From: Ignisphaera sp.
GTDB taxonomy: Archaea; Thermoproteota; Thermoprotei_A; Sulfolobales; Ignisphaeraceae
Direction: 5' to 3'
Assembly: GCA_038889075.1 (NCBI GenBank)
Contig: JAWAHS010000001.1
Coordinates: 344,970-408,969, forward strand
DNA: 64,000 bases
Shown: piece after piece, positions 1-10,630 of the stretch
Numbering within the stretch: the first letter of the stretch is position 1
How the letters are laid out: every line of letters begins with the position of its first letter
Program-made: the position numbers and the translations under genes
The notes under the pieces: generated by a model
The model's database searches: none
The model's input: only the letters and a program-made list of their open reading frames with translations
Told to the model about the DNA's origin: nothing

Positions 1-178
1 CCTTTGGTTCAAGACCTATAACTCTAAAAACGAGCTTGTTATGCCTAAACTCAGCAATAAGCTCAGCTTCAAGTGGTAGCTCCTCATCTATTTTTTCTAG
101 AAGATCTAAGCATATCGTAGGATTTGAGCAATTATACGAAAATACCCTCTCTATGTAGATATTTTTATCGCTAACCAA
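1..178 (-). CDS. Conserved archaeal protein, possibly DUF2067 family (5' part; runs off window)
   Basis: Manual translation from TTG at 178: MVSDKNIYIERVFSYNCSNPTICLDLLEKIDEEL..., open to the window edge, directly downstream of csl4. Confidence 0.55.
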   Translation of the reverse strand, partial: MVSDKNIYIERVFSYNCSNPTICLDLLEKIDEELPLEAELIAEFRHNKLVFRVIGLEPK

Positions 179-180
179 AC

Positions 181-741
181 TTATTTCCCCCGTATAGACA
201 TGTAATCTACAGATGCCTTTCTGCTTTCAATATTGTTACACCTTGTGCATCTCAATACATCTCCCACCTTAGTCAGTGTACCACCGCATTTTGAACAATA
301 TGCTAATATTACACCTAACTTAGGATCCTTCATAGATACCATATAGGGTATGTAATTGTTGAGGATCTTTACCTTTACGAAGTCTCCTAGTCTAATATAA
401 TCGTAGATATTCTGTACCCTTGATTCCATTACCTGCGATATATGAAGAACACCTGTATAAATGTGTTTCAGTGGAGTAGCGACATCATAGCCAATGATCT
501 TAATAGTAGCCATCTCATCTCGTACTCTATCAACGACACCTATTACAATATCACCAGGTTTAAGTCTTCTTAGATTTTTTACAGGTCTTACATACACTCT
601 TCGACTAGCTATATCATATATGGGAACACCTATTATGCTTGCTCGTATTACTCCATTGAGTGTATAAACACCTTCAACTGGTATGAACTCCTCTTCAACA
701 CACAACATCTCTCCTGGAACTACTACTTCCTTTTCCTTCAT
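181..741 (-). CDS. csl4: Exosome complex RNA-binding protein Csl4
   Basis: VVPGE N-terminus, S1 domain (GVLHISQV), C-terminal Zn ribbon CSKC...CTRC, ESRK. Confidence 0.93.
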   Translation of the reverse strand: MKEKEVVVPGEMLCVEEEFIPVEGVYTLNGVIRASIIGVPIYDIASRRVYVRPVKNLRRLKPGDIVIGVVDRVRDEMATIKIIGYDVATPLKHIYTGVLHISQVMESRVQNIYDYIRLGDFVKVKILNNYIPYMVSMKDPKLGVILAYCSKCGGTLTKVGDVLRCTRCNNIESRKASVDYMSIRGK

Positions 742-753
742 ATCTAGAGCACC

Positions 754-1377
754 CTATTTTGTAAACTTGTATATGGAGACTTTAAACCTATGAATACGTT
801 TTACATGGTCTTCGTATGTTGCATGAATGAGCATGCTGCCAGTATGTATTATTCGTACTGTGTAACCCTTTCTATAGGCTAGCTTGGTTATAAGTTTATG
901 TGAATTGGGATTGTATTTATGAATAGAGTATATATTAGAAGGTGAAATCTCAAAGGCTTTTTCAAGAAATTCGAGATCCATTCCCCAGCTATACACACCA
1001 AATGGAGGATTCATAACTATGGTATCTATGGATCTAAGGAAAAGTTTTCTTACATCACAACATATGTAGTGTATATTCGATGAAACACTGGGTACACCAT
1101 CTAGAAACTTTTTTGCTATGTACAATGCAGTGGGGTCTATATCTATACAAAGAACATTTTTAGCACCAAGAAGGAGAGTACCATAGCTTAGAATACCTGT
1201 TCCGCATCCTAAATCAGCAACGGTCTTACCTTTAATATCACCATGTATGTATGCATTCCATAATAGTTCACTTGCTATAGAACTATCACACATGTACTGC
1301 TCAAGTTTCTTTATAGGTGTTCTAAATGATGGAACATCTGTGAGAGCGATTTCAAGCTCCTTCTTATTCCTTACCAT
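754..1377 (-). CDS. METTL5-family RNA N6-adenine methyltransferase
   Basis: KKELEI..L / LEQY N-terminus, DLGCGTG SAM motif, MNPPFG. Confidence 0.88.
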   Translation of the reverse strand: MVRNKKELEIALTDVPSFRTPIKKLEQYMCDSSIASELLWNAYIHGDIKGKTVADLGCGTGILSYGTLLLGAKNVLCIDIDPTALYIAKKFLDGVPSVSSNIHYICCDVRKLFLRSIDTIVMNPPFGVYSWGMDLEFLEKAFEISPSNIYSIHKYNPNSHKLITKLAYRKGYTVRIIHTGSMLIHATYEDHVKRIHRFKVSIYKFTK

Positions 1378-2369
1378 GGATATGCATACCTATTTATATC
1401 ACCATGGAGTACGGAATACGCTTCACCAACTGTTAAAACCGGTTTATCAAGATCTGTAAAATCGAATGCTAGATAGGGACAGGATGCTACAACTACTGCA
1501 TCGAAATTTCTACCGGCTTCAATATTTATTAGAAACTCTCTATCCAGTTTTAGAGCTTTCACAATATAGTATTCCTTACCATTGGTCTTAAGTAGCTCAG
1601 CTAATCGAGCTACAATGTCCTCCCTATGCTGGCCATAAAATCCATCAATTATAAGCCATCTTTTGGCACTAATAGCTTGAAACATTTTCCACATTCTAAC
1701 TTTCAAAATTTTTTCAACATCTTTAACAGGGCTCCATAAATTATAGTTATATGGATCTAAACACAGAATCTTTGAAAGACTTTGGAAACCATTTTTTCCA
1801 TATTCAAACAGAGCTTGGGCTATACAATGAAATCTACCGCCACTAACAACGATAAGTAAACTACAGTCATTACTCGGTACTGGACGACAGCCCATAATAA
1901 TACCCCTATAGATGCATTTACATCTTTCAATACTAGTACAAATAGATTCGACTACAGTAGCATGCTGAGCTGAAGTTGCTAAGCATATCTTATCACACTC
2001 CTTAAGATTTAGATTTTCAATAATTTTTAAAATTCTTAATTTATCAATGCCTGTGTATTCTACTGGTATGAATAGTACTTCAGAATTATAGGTATAGTAC
2101 GGATATGGTGTATGACCAAAATGAATTATTAGATCGGCGTTCACAGTTCTAGCTCCATATTCATCAACAAGACACGAACCATATGACGGATTCGCTGAGA
2201 TGAAAATTTCAATATCTCTATCTAATAGCCTCCTAATGTTATCTATAATAAATTTGATACATTGTTGGAAACCTTCTGGTAATTGTATATATAGTCTTTG
2301 TACATTTCTTTGTTTTATAATATCAACTAGCTTCTCAATTTTAAAATTAAAATTGCTACAGAATTCCAT
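1371..2369 (-). CDS. dph2: Diphthamide biosynthesis Fe-S enzyme Dph2
   Basis: QLPEG, YGSC, HFGH, MGC, GGRFH and SCP motifs; three cluster-ligand cysteines present. Confidence 0.9.
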   Translation of the reverse strand: MEFCSNFNFKIEKLVDIIKQRNVQRLYIQLPEGFQQCIKFIIDNIRRLLDRDIEIFISANPSYGSCLVDEYGARTVNADLIIHFGHTPYPYYTYNSEVLFIPVEYTGIDKLRILKIIENLNLKECDKICLATSAQHATVVESICTSIERCKCIYRGIIMGCRPVPSNDCSLLIVVSGGRFHCIAQALFEYGKNGFQSLSKILCLDPYNYNLWSPVKDVEKILKVRMWKMFQAISAKRWLIIDGFYGQHREDIVARLAELLKTNGKEYYIVKALKLDREFLINIEAGRNFDAVVVASCPYLAFDFTDLDKPVLTVGEAYSVLHGDINRYAYPW

Positions 2370-2380
2370 GATATACTACA

Positions 2381-2896
2381 TCACTTAAGGATCTCGATAT
2401 CTATACTGCACTTAACTGGTAGTTTTGTAGAGGCTCTTCTTAGAGCTTCTTTCAGTATATCAATATGTTGTTTATAGCCTAGAACTTCTACAATTTCATC
2501 CCAAGGAGCGACAACGCAACCTACACCAACAGGTTTTCCAAAGGCTCTCCTCATACCCTCTTGCAGTCGGTCAGCACCTGCAAAAGCCATCATCTTATGT
2601 TCTCTCAAAACTTGATGAGGATACTTTCTTACAACTAGTACAAAGTTTTGTTCATTAATTTCGGTACTTAGGAACTTGTGAGCCATGATTCTGGCAGCCT
2701 CTAATGCATTATGTCGTATAATTCCTCCTTCAAGAGCCTTAAGCACAAGCCTTACCTCCGGATTGAGCTTCGTATTGCCCATAACAAACTTTGAAATCTT
2801 AGGTGGTGGTATACCATGTATATACTCCCGTCTCGTATATGGTGGTTTTTGCTGATGCGTATAGCATCTAGCTGGTTTTAGAGGCATCCTAATCAC
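2381..2896 (-). CDS. rpl10e: 50S ribosomal protein L10e (uL16)
   Basis: PARCY, LEAARI, LREHKMMAFAGADRLQEGMRRAFGKP. Confidence 0.97.
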   Translation of the reverse strand: MIRMPLKPARCYTHQQKPPYTRREYIHGIPPPKISKFVMGNTKLNPEVRLVLKALEGGIIRHNALEAARIMAHKFLSTEINEQNFVLVVRKYPHQVLREHKMMAFAGADRLQEGMRRAFGKPVGVGCVVAPWDEIVEVLGYKQHIDILKEALRRASTKLPVKCSIDIEILK

Positions 2897-2910
2897 CCTT
2901 TAGCTTTAGA

Positions 2911-3663
2911 TTAAGCTGTACTTTCCTCCTTTTTAATTTTACTGTAGATTCTCCTTATAAATGTTATTAAAAGACCTACTTCACTTCTCGATAGTAGTGT
3001 TCTTCTAAACAACCGTTTAAGTGATATGGTAAACAGCTCTTTTTGAAACTCATTGCTCGAAACTATTGTTGCAAGCTCATCAATATATCTATCCAATATA
3101 TGAAGCTGTTCTTCACTAGCTTTATCAATTTTATCCAGGACACTGGATTTTTTAAATGCTTTATAGAGTGCGTACAGGACTATTCCTATAGCATGGCTAA
3201 GATTTAGTATAGGATACTCTGGATTTGCAGCGATATGCACTAACAGATCGCACTTTGCAATCTCATCACGTGTCAGTCCAACACTCTCACGCCCAAATAC
3301 TATAGCTACGTCATCGTACCTAACAGCTATATTAACAAATTCGTCCAATTCTATTGCCCTCCTAAGAATATCTATACCTTCAATACTTACGACACCAGAT
3401 GTACACGCTGAAATGCTGACATTTTTTAGAGCATCATCTAATGTATTGTATACCTTAACCCTGCTACTATAAAGGTAATCGACACCTTTTGCAGCAAACC
3501 TCCTTACTTCTTCAGACCATGGATCTATTTGTGGATTTACAATAGCAAGTTCGTCAACATCAAAGTTTTTGCAAAGCCTTACAATAAAACCCATATTTAT
3601 CTCGCCTTCAATACCTATAACAACAACCTTTAACACAGTTAGCACCTCACTATGATAGAGCAT
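2911..3663 (-). CDS. trmJ: TrmJ-family SPOUT tRNA 2'-O-methyltransferase
   Basis: NMGFIVRLCKNF, VFGRESVGL, YPILNLSHA. Confidence 0.88.
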   Translation of the reverse strand: MLYHSEVLTVLKVVVIGIEGEINMGFIVRLCKNFDVDELAIVNPQIDPWSEEVRRFAAKGVDYLYSSRVKVYNTLDDALKNVSISACTSGVVSIEGIDILRRAIELDEFVNIAVRYDDVAIVFGRESVGLTRDEIAKCDLLVHIAANPEYPILNLSHAIGIVLYALYKAFKKSSVLDKIDKASEEQLHILDRYIDELATIVSSNEFQKELFTISLKRLFRRTLLSRSEVGLLITFIRRIYSKIKKEESTA

Positions 3664-4247
3664 ATAGCTTCGTAGAAAAATTCACTACATTCATAAATTT
3701 CAATATCGCTACAAACACTTAGTATAGTATCTAAAATTCTTGCTAGACTCTGAAGCGAGGAAAAAATAAATATAACTGTACATCGATTTCTCAAGCATAT
3801 GTGTACAGTATCGCTGAAGAATTCTTTCCAAACTTCAATACCTCCGTAACCACCGCTCCATGAAATTCCGATATCGTCGAATTCTTCAACAGGTATGTAG
3901 GGAGGATTAAAAAACACTATAGACGCAAATGATCCTCTAAAACACTGAGCCGAATAACATTGGATAACATCGATATACATATCGAGACCGTTCCTCTTTG
4001 CTGAACTCCAAGAAGTATAAGCTGCACAGGGTGATATGTCCGTTAGTATACCATATAGGTTTGCTCTTCTACTAGTAATAAGTAGATAGTTGCTAACATA
4101 ACCACTTCCACTACCAATTTCTACAAACACTATATCTCTATTCCTATGTTCAGTAAAGAGCTCTTTTACTGTTTTAGCTAGTATATAGCTATCCTCAGCA
4201 GGTTCGTATACATACTCATTCACTAATATCTTCATATTATCGTACAT
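3639..4247 (-). CDS. HemK2/PrmC-like release factor glutamine methyltransferase
   Basis: VYEPAEDS, EIGSGSG, FNPPY, WSGG; start placed at ATG 4247 overlapping the rsmA stop (TGATG). Confidence 0.85.
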   Translation of the reverse strand: MYDNMKILVNEYVYEPAEDSYILAKTVKELFTEHRNRDIVFVEIGSGSGYVSNYLLITSRRANLYGILTDISPCAAYTSWSSAKRNGLDMYIDVIQCYSAQCFRGSFASIVFFNPPYIPVEEFDDIGISWSGGYGGIEVWKEFFSDTVHICLRNRCTVIFIFSSLQSLARILDTILSVCSDIEIYECSEFFYEAICSIIVRC

Positions 4248-5131
4248 CAGTTCTCTGTCCTTAGCTTTACATATATATTGACCAGTTCCATTATATCTTC
4301 TATTGTAAGGTGTGCAACCCGTTTCCTCCATATACTACCTTCCACTCTTATTTTCTCATCCAGTTTCTTACCTAAACAGTATTCGAATGCTTTTATCACA
4401 AGTTTACGTTTATAACTAAATAAACATTTTGTTAATTCTTCAATTGTCTCTACGTACCGGTCGTATAACCTCTTACGTCTAAGAACTATAATAGATGAAG
4501 ATACCTGTGGATGGGGTACAAATAGTACAGGAGGAACAGCCTTTAATATCTCTACATCAAATAGTAGCTGTATTAGTATTGAGAGTTTCCCATAGTTTTT
4601 AGTACCTGGTTTAGAAACAATTCTTTCAGCAACATCTTTTTGCATAGTCAGTAAAGCAAACGGTATATCACTTCGCGCTATAGCTAACAATAGATGCGAC
4701 GTTATATGATAGGGAATGTTACCAGTAACAAGATCTATACCCCTTATAGACTCCAGTAGAGTTAGTGCATCGCCTATTACAATCTCTACATTATTATAAA
4801 CCCTTTTTATCTCTTGAAGAATAGGCGCAAATCTATGATCTATTTCTACTGCAATTATTAGAGCATTCCCATTTTCACTTCCTAGAAACTGAGTCAAATT
4901 CCCTATACCAGCACCAATTTCAAGAATCGTAGCTGTATCCCTACATGGTGTTAATTCACTTGATTTTTTAGCTATAAAGGAAAGGATTTTTGGATCTATT
5001 AACACTATTTGGCTAAGCCTTCTTCTAAGCCTTATACCATGTTTTCTAAGTTTAGCTTTCATCCAGCTTATCAATTCCTTCCGAGAATTTGGTAGAGTCC
5101 TACCATGGTTCAGAGTATTTAATTCTTTCAT
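4247..5131 (-). CDS. rsmA: 16S rRNA m6,2A dimethyltransferase KsgA/RsmA
   Basis: LEIGAGIG, VEID, GNIPYHIT, MQKDVAER, YGKLS. Confidence 0.93.
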   Translation of the reverse strand: MKELNTLNHGRTLPNSRKELISWMKAKLRKHGIRLRRRLSQIVLIDPKILSFIAKKSSELTPCRDTATILEIGAGIGNLTQFLGSENGNALIIAVEIDHRFAPILQEIKRVYNNVEIVIGDALTLLESIRGIDLVTGNIPYHITSHLLLAIARSDIPFALLTMQKDVAERIVSKPGTKNYGKLSILIQLLFDVEILKAVPPVLFVPHPQVSSSIIVLRRKRLYDRYVETIEELTKCLFSYKRKLVIKAFEYCLGKKLDEKIRVEGSIWRKRVAHLTIEDIMELVNIYVKLRTEN

Positions 5132-5753
5132 AAAGGAGCTCCAGATACCCTAAATACTTCATATCAGGAGTTGATGGATGTGGATTCACAAATATGTAGT
5201 ACTTTTCATTTCTTTGCAACTCAACTACAATTCTATCAACAAACATCTTTACGGGATCATTTATCTTTAGGCGCTTCCTGATATCATCAAAGCTTTCAAA
5301 CTTCTTCTTTCTTCTTTCCTCCAGAATAAGAACTAGCGTTTTTTTACCTATACCAGGTAGAAGTTCTAAGCTATGGAGTCTGATGTTTATAGCCTCAGCT
5401 ATATTTAAAAACTCTACGAAAACCCTCTCCTTTTCCTCTACTATCTGCTTTACATATCTCACAATATTCTCTCTAGCTATCGAAGTCAGATCTTCATAAG
5501 AAAGTATGTCGAATACCCTGTGCCCAGGCATGTCAGGGGCTAGTGATAGAGGTACGCGCTCTCCAATAGAAATTACAGAACCCCTTAGGGGTATTATTTC
5601 AACAAGTGTAAAGAATTTGGTACCTATTCCCTGTGCTACAGGTGAGGATCTATGAAAGGTATGTTTATCATATGGATTACCCATGGGCATATAGTCTATC
5701 ACTATGGCAAATTCGTCAGGTATCTCCTGCCTTCTTCTATGCTTAGGCCTCAT
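5100..5753 (-). CDS. DUF655 family putative RNA-binding protein
   Basis: GTKFFTLVE, RLHSLELLPGIGKK HhH motif; conserved position between rpo4 and ksgA. Confidence 0.88.
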   Translation of the reverse strand: MRPKHRRRQEIPDEFAIVIDYMPMGNPYDKHTFHRSSPVAQGIGTKFFTLVEIIPLRGSVISIGERVPLSLAPDMPGHRVFDILSYEDLTSIARENIVRYVKQIVEEKERVFVEFLNIAEAINIRLHSLELLPGIGKKTLVLILEERRKKKFESFDDIRKRLKINDPVKMFVDRIVVELQRNEKYYIFVNPHPSTPDMKYLGYLELLYERIKYSEPW

Positions 5754-5834
5754 CCTACCTCCACCTCGTAGGGAACCACCATACGTTAGATTTGACTATA
5801 GTTTATAACTATGCTATAGAATATTTATAGATTA

Positions 5835-6188
5835 TTATAATTGTTGACAGTGTTGATTAATAAGGTCTAGAATTTTATTTAAAATAGAATCTTCGGGCAG
5901 TGATTCCTCAAAATTAAGGAGAGTTTTAAGTTCATCTAAACTCCTTGGCAGGATATTGAGAATCATCGATATTGTTGTATCCTTTAGCTTAAAACTCTTT
6001 AATACGTCATAGATATACTCTATGGCTTTATCATCGCATTTAGATACACTATCGAGGTAATCCATTGTTGAACGAATTAGCTCAGGAACAATATCGTAAG
6101 ATGAGACTCTCTCAATGTACTCTTTGAGAATTCTCTTAGCTATGGTATTTGGAATATCATGGAATTCAATGATTTCATAGGGCATCAA
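5835..6188 (-). CDS. rpo4: RNA polymerase subunit Rpo4 (RpoF)
   Basis: HRDC-like ILNILPRSLDELKTL; position between rpl21e and DUF655. Confidence 0.85.
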   Translation of the reverse strand: MMPYEIIEFHDIPNTIAKRILKEYIERVSSYDIVPELIRSTMDYLDSVSKCDDKAIEYIYDVLKSFKLKDTTISMILNILPRSLDELKTLLNFEESLPEDSILNKILDLINQHCQQL

Positions 6189-6217
6189 TTCTCACTCATT
6201 ATAGAGGTGCTGGATAT

Positions 6218-6628
6218 TCATCTTGTTTTGTCTAAGATGGTTAGTAGGATTTTTCTCTGCTCTCTTCTTATATTTGATAGCTCCTTTAATTTGGATAATG
6301 TACCTTCTATTCTTTCGGTCAAATCAAAGGCTGGTTTCAAGTGCTCTGGTAAGAGGAAGAGCCTCTTAATTTTAGATCCTATTGTAACTTCAACTACCAG
6401 AGCTCTACCCTTAATCCCAACAACAGTACCGACCCTACCTATGTACCTCCTATGAGGCATACCACCATGTATTGCAGGATTAACACCTATGTACACCTTA
6501 TCACCAGGTTTATAATCTATAATTACACTACTCAATGACGGTATTGATCCGCGATCTCTAATACCTTTCTTCATAATTTTTCTGGATCTGTGTCTTAATC
6601 CTCTCGAAGGTTTTACCATTACCATCAA
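6218..6628 (-). CDS. rpl21e: 50S ribosomal protein L21e
   Basis: SRGLRHRSRK, GMPHRRYIGRVG, PEHLKP. Confidence 0.95.
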   Translation of the reverse strand: MMVMVKPSRGLRHRSRKIMKKGIRDRGSIPSLSSVIIDYKPGDKVYIGVNPAIHGGMPHRRYIGRVGTVVGIKGRALVVEVTIGSKIKRLFLLPEHLKPAFDLTERIEGTLSKLKELSNIRREQRKILLTILDKTR

Positions 6629-6690
6629 TCCCCAATGGCTTTCCAGACCATGATTTACTAGGACTGTATTCTTACTTCTATAATTAAAGC

Positions 6691-7998
6691 TTATATGTAC
6701 TCATGAACATAGAGAACATCGAGTTCTAGACACCTGGCTTGTGTTCCTAGGAGCTGTGAGAAGCTTGGAGATGTTCTACCATTATCACCAGTTATGAGTT
6801 CCTTTACATACAGTCCTCCTTCACATTTTATAAAGACTTCAAATAGATTAGGAGCAAGCTGAAGTATTTTTATAGAAAATACCTTCTTTTTCCTCAATGT
6901 ATCCTTTTTTCTTCTCAGGATTCTTAATGGTGTACGCTGAAATATTACTAAACCCCTAAAACTGTGTTCAAGCTCAATTATTTTATCAGGGGTGACAGTA
7001 TTTTCGGTTAATACTATAGCCCTATATATTTTAAACGATATTGAGGCAGACTGTTTTAACCTTGAAACAAATTCCCTACCAACATTCATTACAATCCTAA
7101 ACTTTATCCACTTACTAAAATTATTTAGGATACTCTCTAACTCCAATAAACCTACATCTCTCTTCAATGGATTTTTGAACTCTATTACAAGTGGTCTTCC
7201 ATTCCCAAGAACTCTTACATCAACGTCTTCCCGACCTGCTATATGAAGAGCTACATCCTTTGCGCTAACAATAGAGGAGGCATATCTAGCTGCGTCTTCT
7301 ATTGATATTGGATATTTCCTGGAGCCATTTTCTCTAAACCATATATTTTGTGAAATGTTTCTACCAAACTTTAGATAGTATCCAAAAATCAATAGGGATG
7401 GCAATTCCATTTTAATTGAATTGTGGATCATATCTATAATATATATTATATCTGGTCTATCAAAGTTCACATTAATCTTTGTAGCTTCTTGAACTCTCTT
7501 ACCGATTTCTCTCTTTAATTCACGTTTGATGCTCTCCCAATACTTTATTTGAAACTCCTTAACTATACTATTTTCACGCTCAAGTATATCGTTAGGTACG
7601 ATAACTCCTACTAGGAAACTCCTTTTCGAGGTTTCTACGATGTGTTGTGCGATGTACTTTGAATAAAAATTTATTGCTTCATCAATTGCATCGTTGCATA
7701 TAAAGCATTTCCTTACTTCGTTTAAAATTCTCCTATCTATATCTACATTCAGTAGATCGAGAAGAGGTTGTACGGGTATTTTAATGTTTGGAATAATGGA
7801 TTTCAATTTATCAAGTGCAGAGTTGTCTCCCTCTACAATTCTTCTATGTAGCTCCATTATCGTATATATTTTCAGAGCCTTTCCCCGTTCAGCATTATCT
7901 AGGCCACGTCCGAGATAGGCATACAGCCTTCCTAGGCATCTATTACATAGCGGATATCTTGTGAGAATACCGATTACATTCTCTGCTAGTGTGTCCAT
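6691..7998 (-). CDS. pus10: tRNA pseudouridine 54/55 synthase Pus10
   Basis: LCNRCLGR Zn site, AGREDVDVRVLGNGRP, GGLYVKEL. Confidence 0.95.
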   Translation of the reverse strand: MDTLAENVIGILTRYPLCNRCLGRLYAYLGRGLDNAERGKALKIYTIMELHRRIVEGDNSALDKLKSIIPNIKIPVQPLLDLLNVDIDRRILNEVRKCFICNDAIDEAINFYSKYIAQHIVETSKRSFLVGVIVPNDILERENSIVKEFQIKYWESIKRELKREIGKRVQEATKINVNFDRPDIIYIIDMIHNSIKMELPSLLIFGYYLKFGRNISQNIWFRENGSRKYPISIEDAARYASSIVSAKDVALHIAGREDVDVRVLGNGRPLVIEFKNPLKRDVGLLELESILNNFSKWIKFRIVMNVGREFVSRLKQSASISFKIYRAIVLTENTVTPDKIIELEHSFRGLVIFQRTPLRILRRKKDTLRKKKVFSIKILQLAPNLFEVFIKCEGGLYVKELITGDNGRTSPSFSQLLGTQARCLELDVLYVHEYI

Positions 7999-8032
7999 AA
8001 TATCCCCACCCTGTCGTACAATACCGATTTAA

Positions 8033-9382
8033 TTATACTTCAATTTTTGATAGATCTATCCCAAGTTTTTTAAGAATTCCATGTCTTCTCTTGGCAGTTT
8101 TTATAAAACTGTTTACAAGTTCATAGTATTTGATAAGATCTTTAACATCGTCAACAGTTGTACCCGAACCCAGTGCAATTCTTAGAATTCTTGATTTATC
8201 CAGTATATTCGGATTTCTGAGTTCTTCGTATGTCATCGAATTGATTATAGCAAGCCATTTATCCATTTTCTCCTCACTTATCTTCATCTGCTTATCATCC
8301 AATGGCAGTAGTGAGAGTCCTGGTATAAGTTGAAGGATTTTTGAAAGGGGCCCTAGCTTTCTTATTGTTTGAATCTGGAGATAGAGATCTACCAGTGTTA
8401 TTCTTCCGCTGGCAATACCTTTAGCAAGTCTTTTTTCAAGCATACTACTGTGTTCTAATGTCTTTAGCTTCTCTATTAGTGTTGGTAGGTCACCAAGTCC
8501 GAGAAGTCTTCCCACAAATCTTCGTGGTTCAAAAATCTCTATTTCAGGTATCTTCTCCCCCGTGCCAATGAATTTTATAACAGCTTTAGTTGCTGCTACA
8601 GCTGATAGCGCTCCTCCACCCTTGGCAGTCCCATCGAGTTTTGTTATAACTATAGAGCCTATTGGTGTAGCTCGGTGAAATCTTAAGGCAAGCTCGTATG
8701 CTTTTTGACCTATTGATGCATCTAGGATAAGCATAATCTCATCCGGTGCTATAGAATTTGCTATTTCACGCATTTCATTTAAAAGCGCCTCCTCCTCATT
8801 ATAGCCATGTCTACCAGCTGTATCTACTATAACCATATTAGATCCATTTTTGATGCACACATCAACACATTTTTTTGCTATTTCTACAGCATTTTTAGAA
8901 CTAGTATCGCCACAGAATGCAACATCTATGCTTTTACTTAATTGCATGAGCTGCTCATATGCTGCTGGCCTGTATGTATCAGCACATACTAAACATGGTT
9001 TGTAACCATATCTTTTGTATATATAGGCTATCTTAGCAGCAGTTGTTGTTTTACCTGAGCCTTGAACTCCAACAAGCATTATAATATACGGTGTTTTCTG
9101 TGGAAATATCGAAGGTTTTATATCGCCTCCAAATAGGTTTGAGAGCTCGTCATATACTATTTTAATAAACCACTCCTGCCTTGATATGTATGGTGGAGGT
9201 TTTGAGTTTAGGACGTGCTCCCTAATATTGCTGGTTAGTTGCTGAACGAGCTTTACATTAACATCTGCTCTTAGCAGTGTTTTTTGAAGCTCCTTTATGA
9301 AGTTATCAACTGCTACCTCGTAGCTTTCCTTTCCCTTTAAAAAATCAGCTACAATTTTTCTTAGAGATTCAAGAATCTGCAT
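8033..9382 (-). CDS. srp54: Signal recognition particle protein SRP54
   Basis: GVQGSGKTT, DTAGRH, TKLDG, M domain SMT..E / RIALGSG. Confidence 0.97.
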   Translation of the reverse strand: MQILESLRKIVADFLKGKESYEVAVDNFIKELQKTLLRADVNVKLVQQLTSNIREHVLNSKPPPYISRQEWFIKIVYDELSNLFGGDIKPSIFPQKTPYIIMLVGVQGSGKTTTAAKIAYIYKRYGYKPCLVCADTYRPAAYEQLMQLSKSIDVAFCGDTSSKNAVEIAKKCVDVCIKNGSNMVIVDTAGRHGYNEEEALLNEMREIANSIAPDEIMLILDASIGQKAYELALRFHRATPIGSIVITKLDGTAKGGGALSAVAATKAVIKFIGTGEKIPEIEIFEPRRFVGRLLGLGDLPTLIEKLKTLEHSSMLEKRLAKGIASGRITLVDLYLQIQTIRKLGPLSKILQLIPGLSLLPLDDKQMKISEEKMDKWLAIINSMTYEELRNPNILDKSRILRIALGSGTTVDDVKDLIKYYELVNSFIKTAKRRHGILKKLGIDLSKIEV

Positions 9383-9393
9383 ATCTCTCCGCT

Positions 9394-9789
9394 TTACCTT
9401 ATTCGGTATATGAATCTTTTTCCTAAAGCGCTCCAGTACTCCACCTCAGTACCTGGTGAAAGCTTAGATGCTATACTTTCATCTTTAGGCATATCTACTT
9501 CAAATGTTTCATAACTCTCCAAATCCATTAACTGTACCCGATCTCCAAGGACGGCTATTACTTGAGCCACCCTCTTGTCTATTATTGGTATCTCAATTCT
9601 CTGATCAGAAGGTCCTGTAACCGTTTTCCTCGAACCTGTAAAGAGCCCTATAGCTACTAGGTGAACCTTAGCACTACCGTGCTTACCTGTTTTAGCCTTT
9701 GAAACATCTACAACTCTACAAGGCTCACCATCTATTACTACATAGCTACCCTCTTTAAGATCCCCCAACTCTCCATATTCTACAGTCAT
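9394..9789 (-). CDS. eif5a: Translation factor aIF5A
   Basis: Hypusine motif KTGKHGSAK. Confidence 0.97.
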   Translation of the reverse strand: MTVEYGELGDLKEGSYVVIDGEPCRVVDVSKAKTGKHGSAKVHLVAIGLFTGSRKTVTGPSDQRIEIPIIDKRVAQVIAVLGDRVQLMDLESYETFEVDMPKDESIASKLSPGTEVEYWSALGKRFIYRIR

Positions 9790-9873
9790 TTTCTACACCA
9801 TAAGATGTAAATCTTAAAAACCAAATAAAAGCTCTACTACTTATATTGCTAAAAAGTATTTTAGGTCTTTAGA

Positions 9874-10209
9874 ATGAATCTGCTGGACATTAAAGGAAAG
9901 GTAGATAAATGGATTAGCGAAAATGTTGAAAGGAGAGCTGATGAAATCTATGAAATGTTTGTAGAATTCGTAAAGACAATAGCACCCATTGCTGATAATA
10001 GGTTTAGAAAGGTTAATAAATGGAATATAGAGCTACTTGATGAGGCTATAGATAGCATATGTGACTACCTTAACGGAAATTCTACAGTGATAGTTTTATG
10101 GGATGAAATATGGGATGCTAGAGTAGAGGGGAGGAGCATCGGCATAGATAAAATAAGAATGTTTTTTGAACTGATAAACAAAGTGGAAAAGAAGGTCGTA
10201 AGAGAGTAA
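9874..10209 (+). CDS. Hypothetical protein
   Basis: 111-aa ORF filling the gap between eif5a and tfs, protein-like composition. Confidence 0.65.
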   Translation: MNLLDIKGKVDKWISENVERRADEIYEMFVEFVKTIAPIADNRFRKVNKWNIELLDEAIDSICDYLNGNSTVIVLWDEIWDARVEGRSIGIDKIRMFFELINKVEKKVVRE

Positions 10210-10282
10210 GACGATTAAAATCTGACATATCTAAAGATTTATAGGCTTAGCAAGGTATAAGTGAACAACAATACTATGGTAG

Positions 10283-10630
10283 GTGATGATTATGATCTTC
10301 TGTCCTATATGCGGATCGCTGATGGCATTTGAAAAGAGTAGAAGAAGCTATAGATGTCCAAAATGCGGATACGAGATGAAAAATAGAGATAGCGGCAAAA
10401 TAGTTGTATCTAGGACAATTATGCACGATGAAAAAGAGAGATTGGCAGTAATCGAATCACCGGCTACTGATATGCCCCCAGGAGCAGTTTTACTTAAGGG
10501 TCACACAAGATGTCCAAAATGTAGTGGTGAGGATGTTTACGCATGGCAACTACAGACAAGAGCCGCCGACGAACCTCCAACGACATTTTATAAATGCGTA
10601 AAGTGTGGACATACATGGAGAGAGTATTAG
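10283..10630 (+). CDS. tfs: Transcription elongation/cleavage factor TFS
   Basis: Two Zn ribbons; QTRAADEPPT acidic hairpin. Confidence 0.93.
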   Translation: MMIMIFCPICGSLMAFEKSRRSYRCPKCGYEMKNRDSGKIVVSRTIMHDEKERLAVIESPATDMPPGAVLLKGHTRCPKCSGEDVYAWQLQTRAADEPPTTFYKCVKCGHTWREY

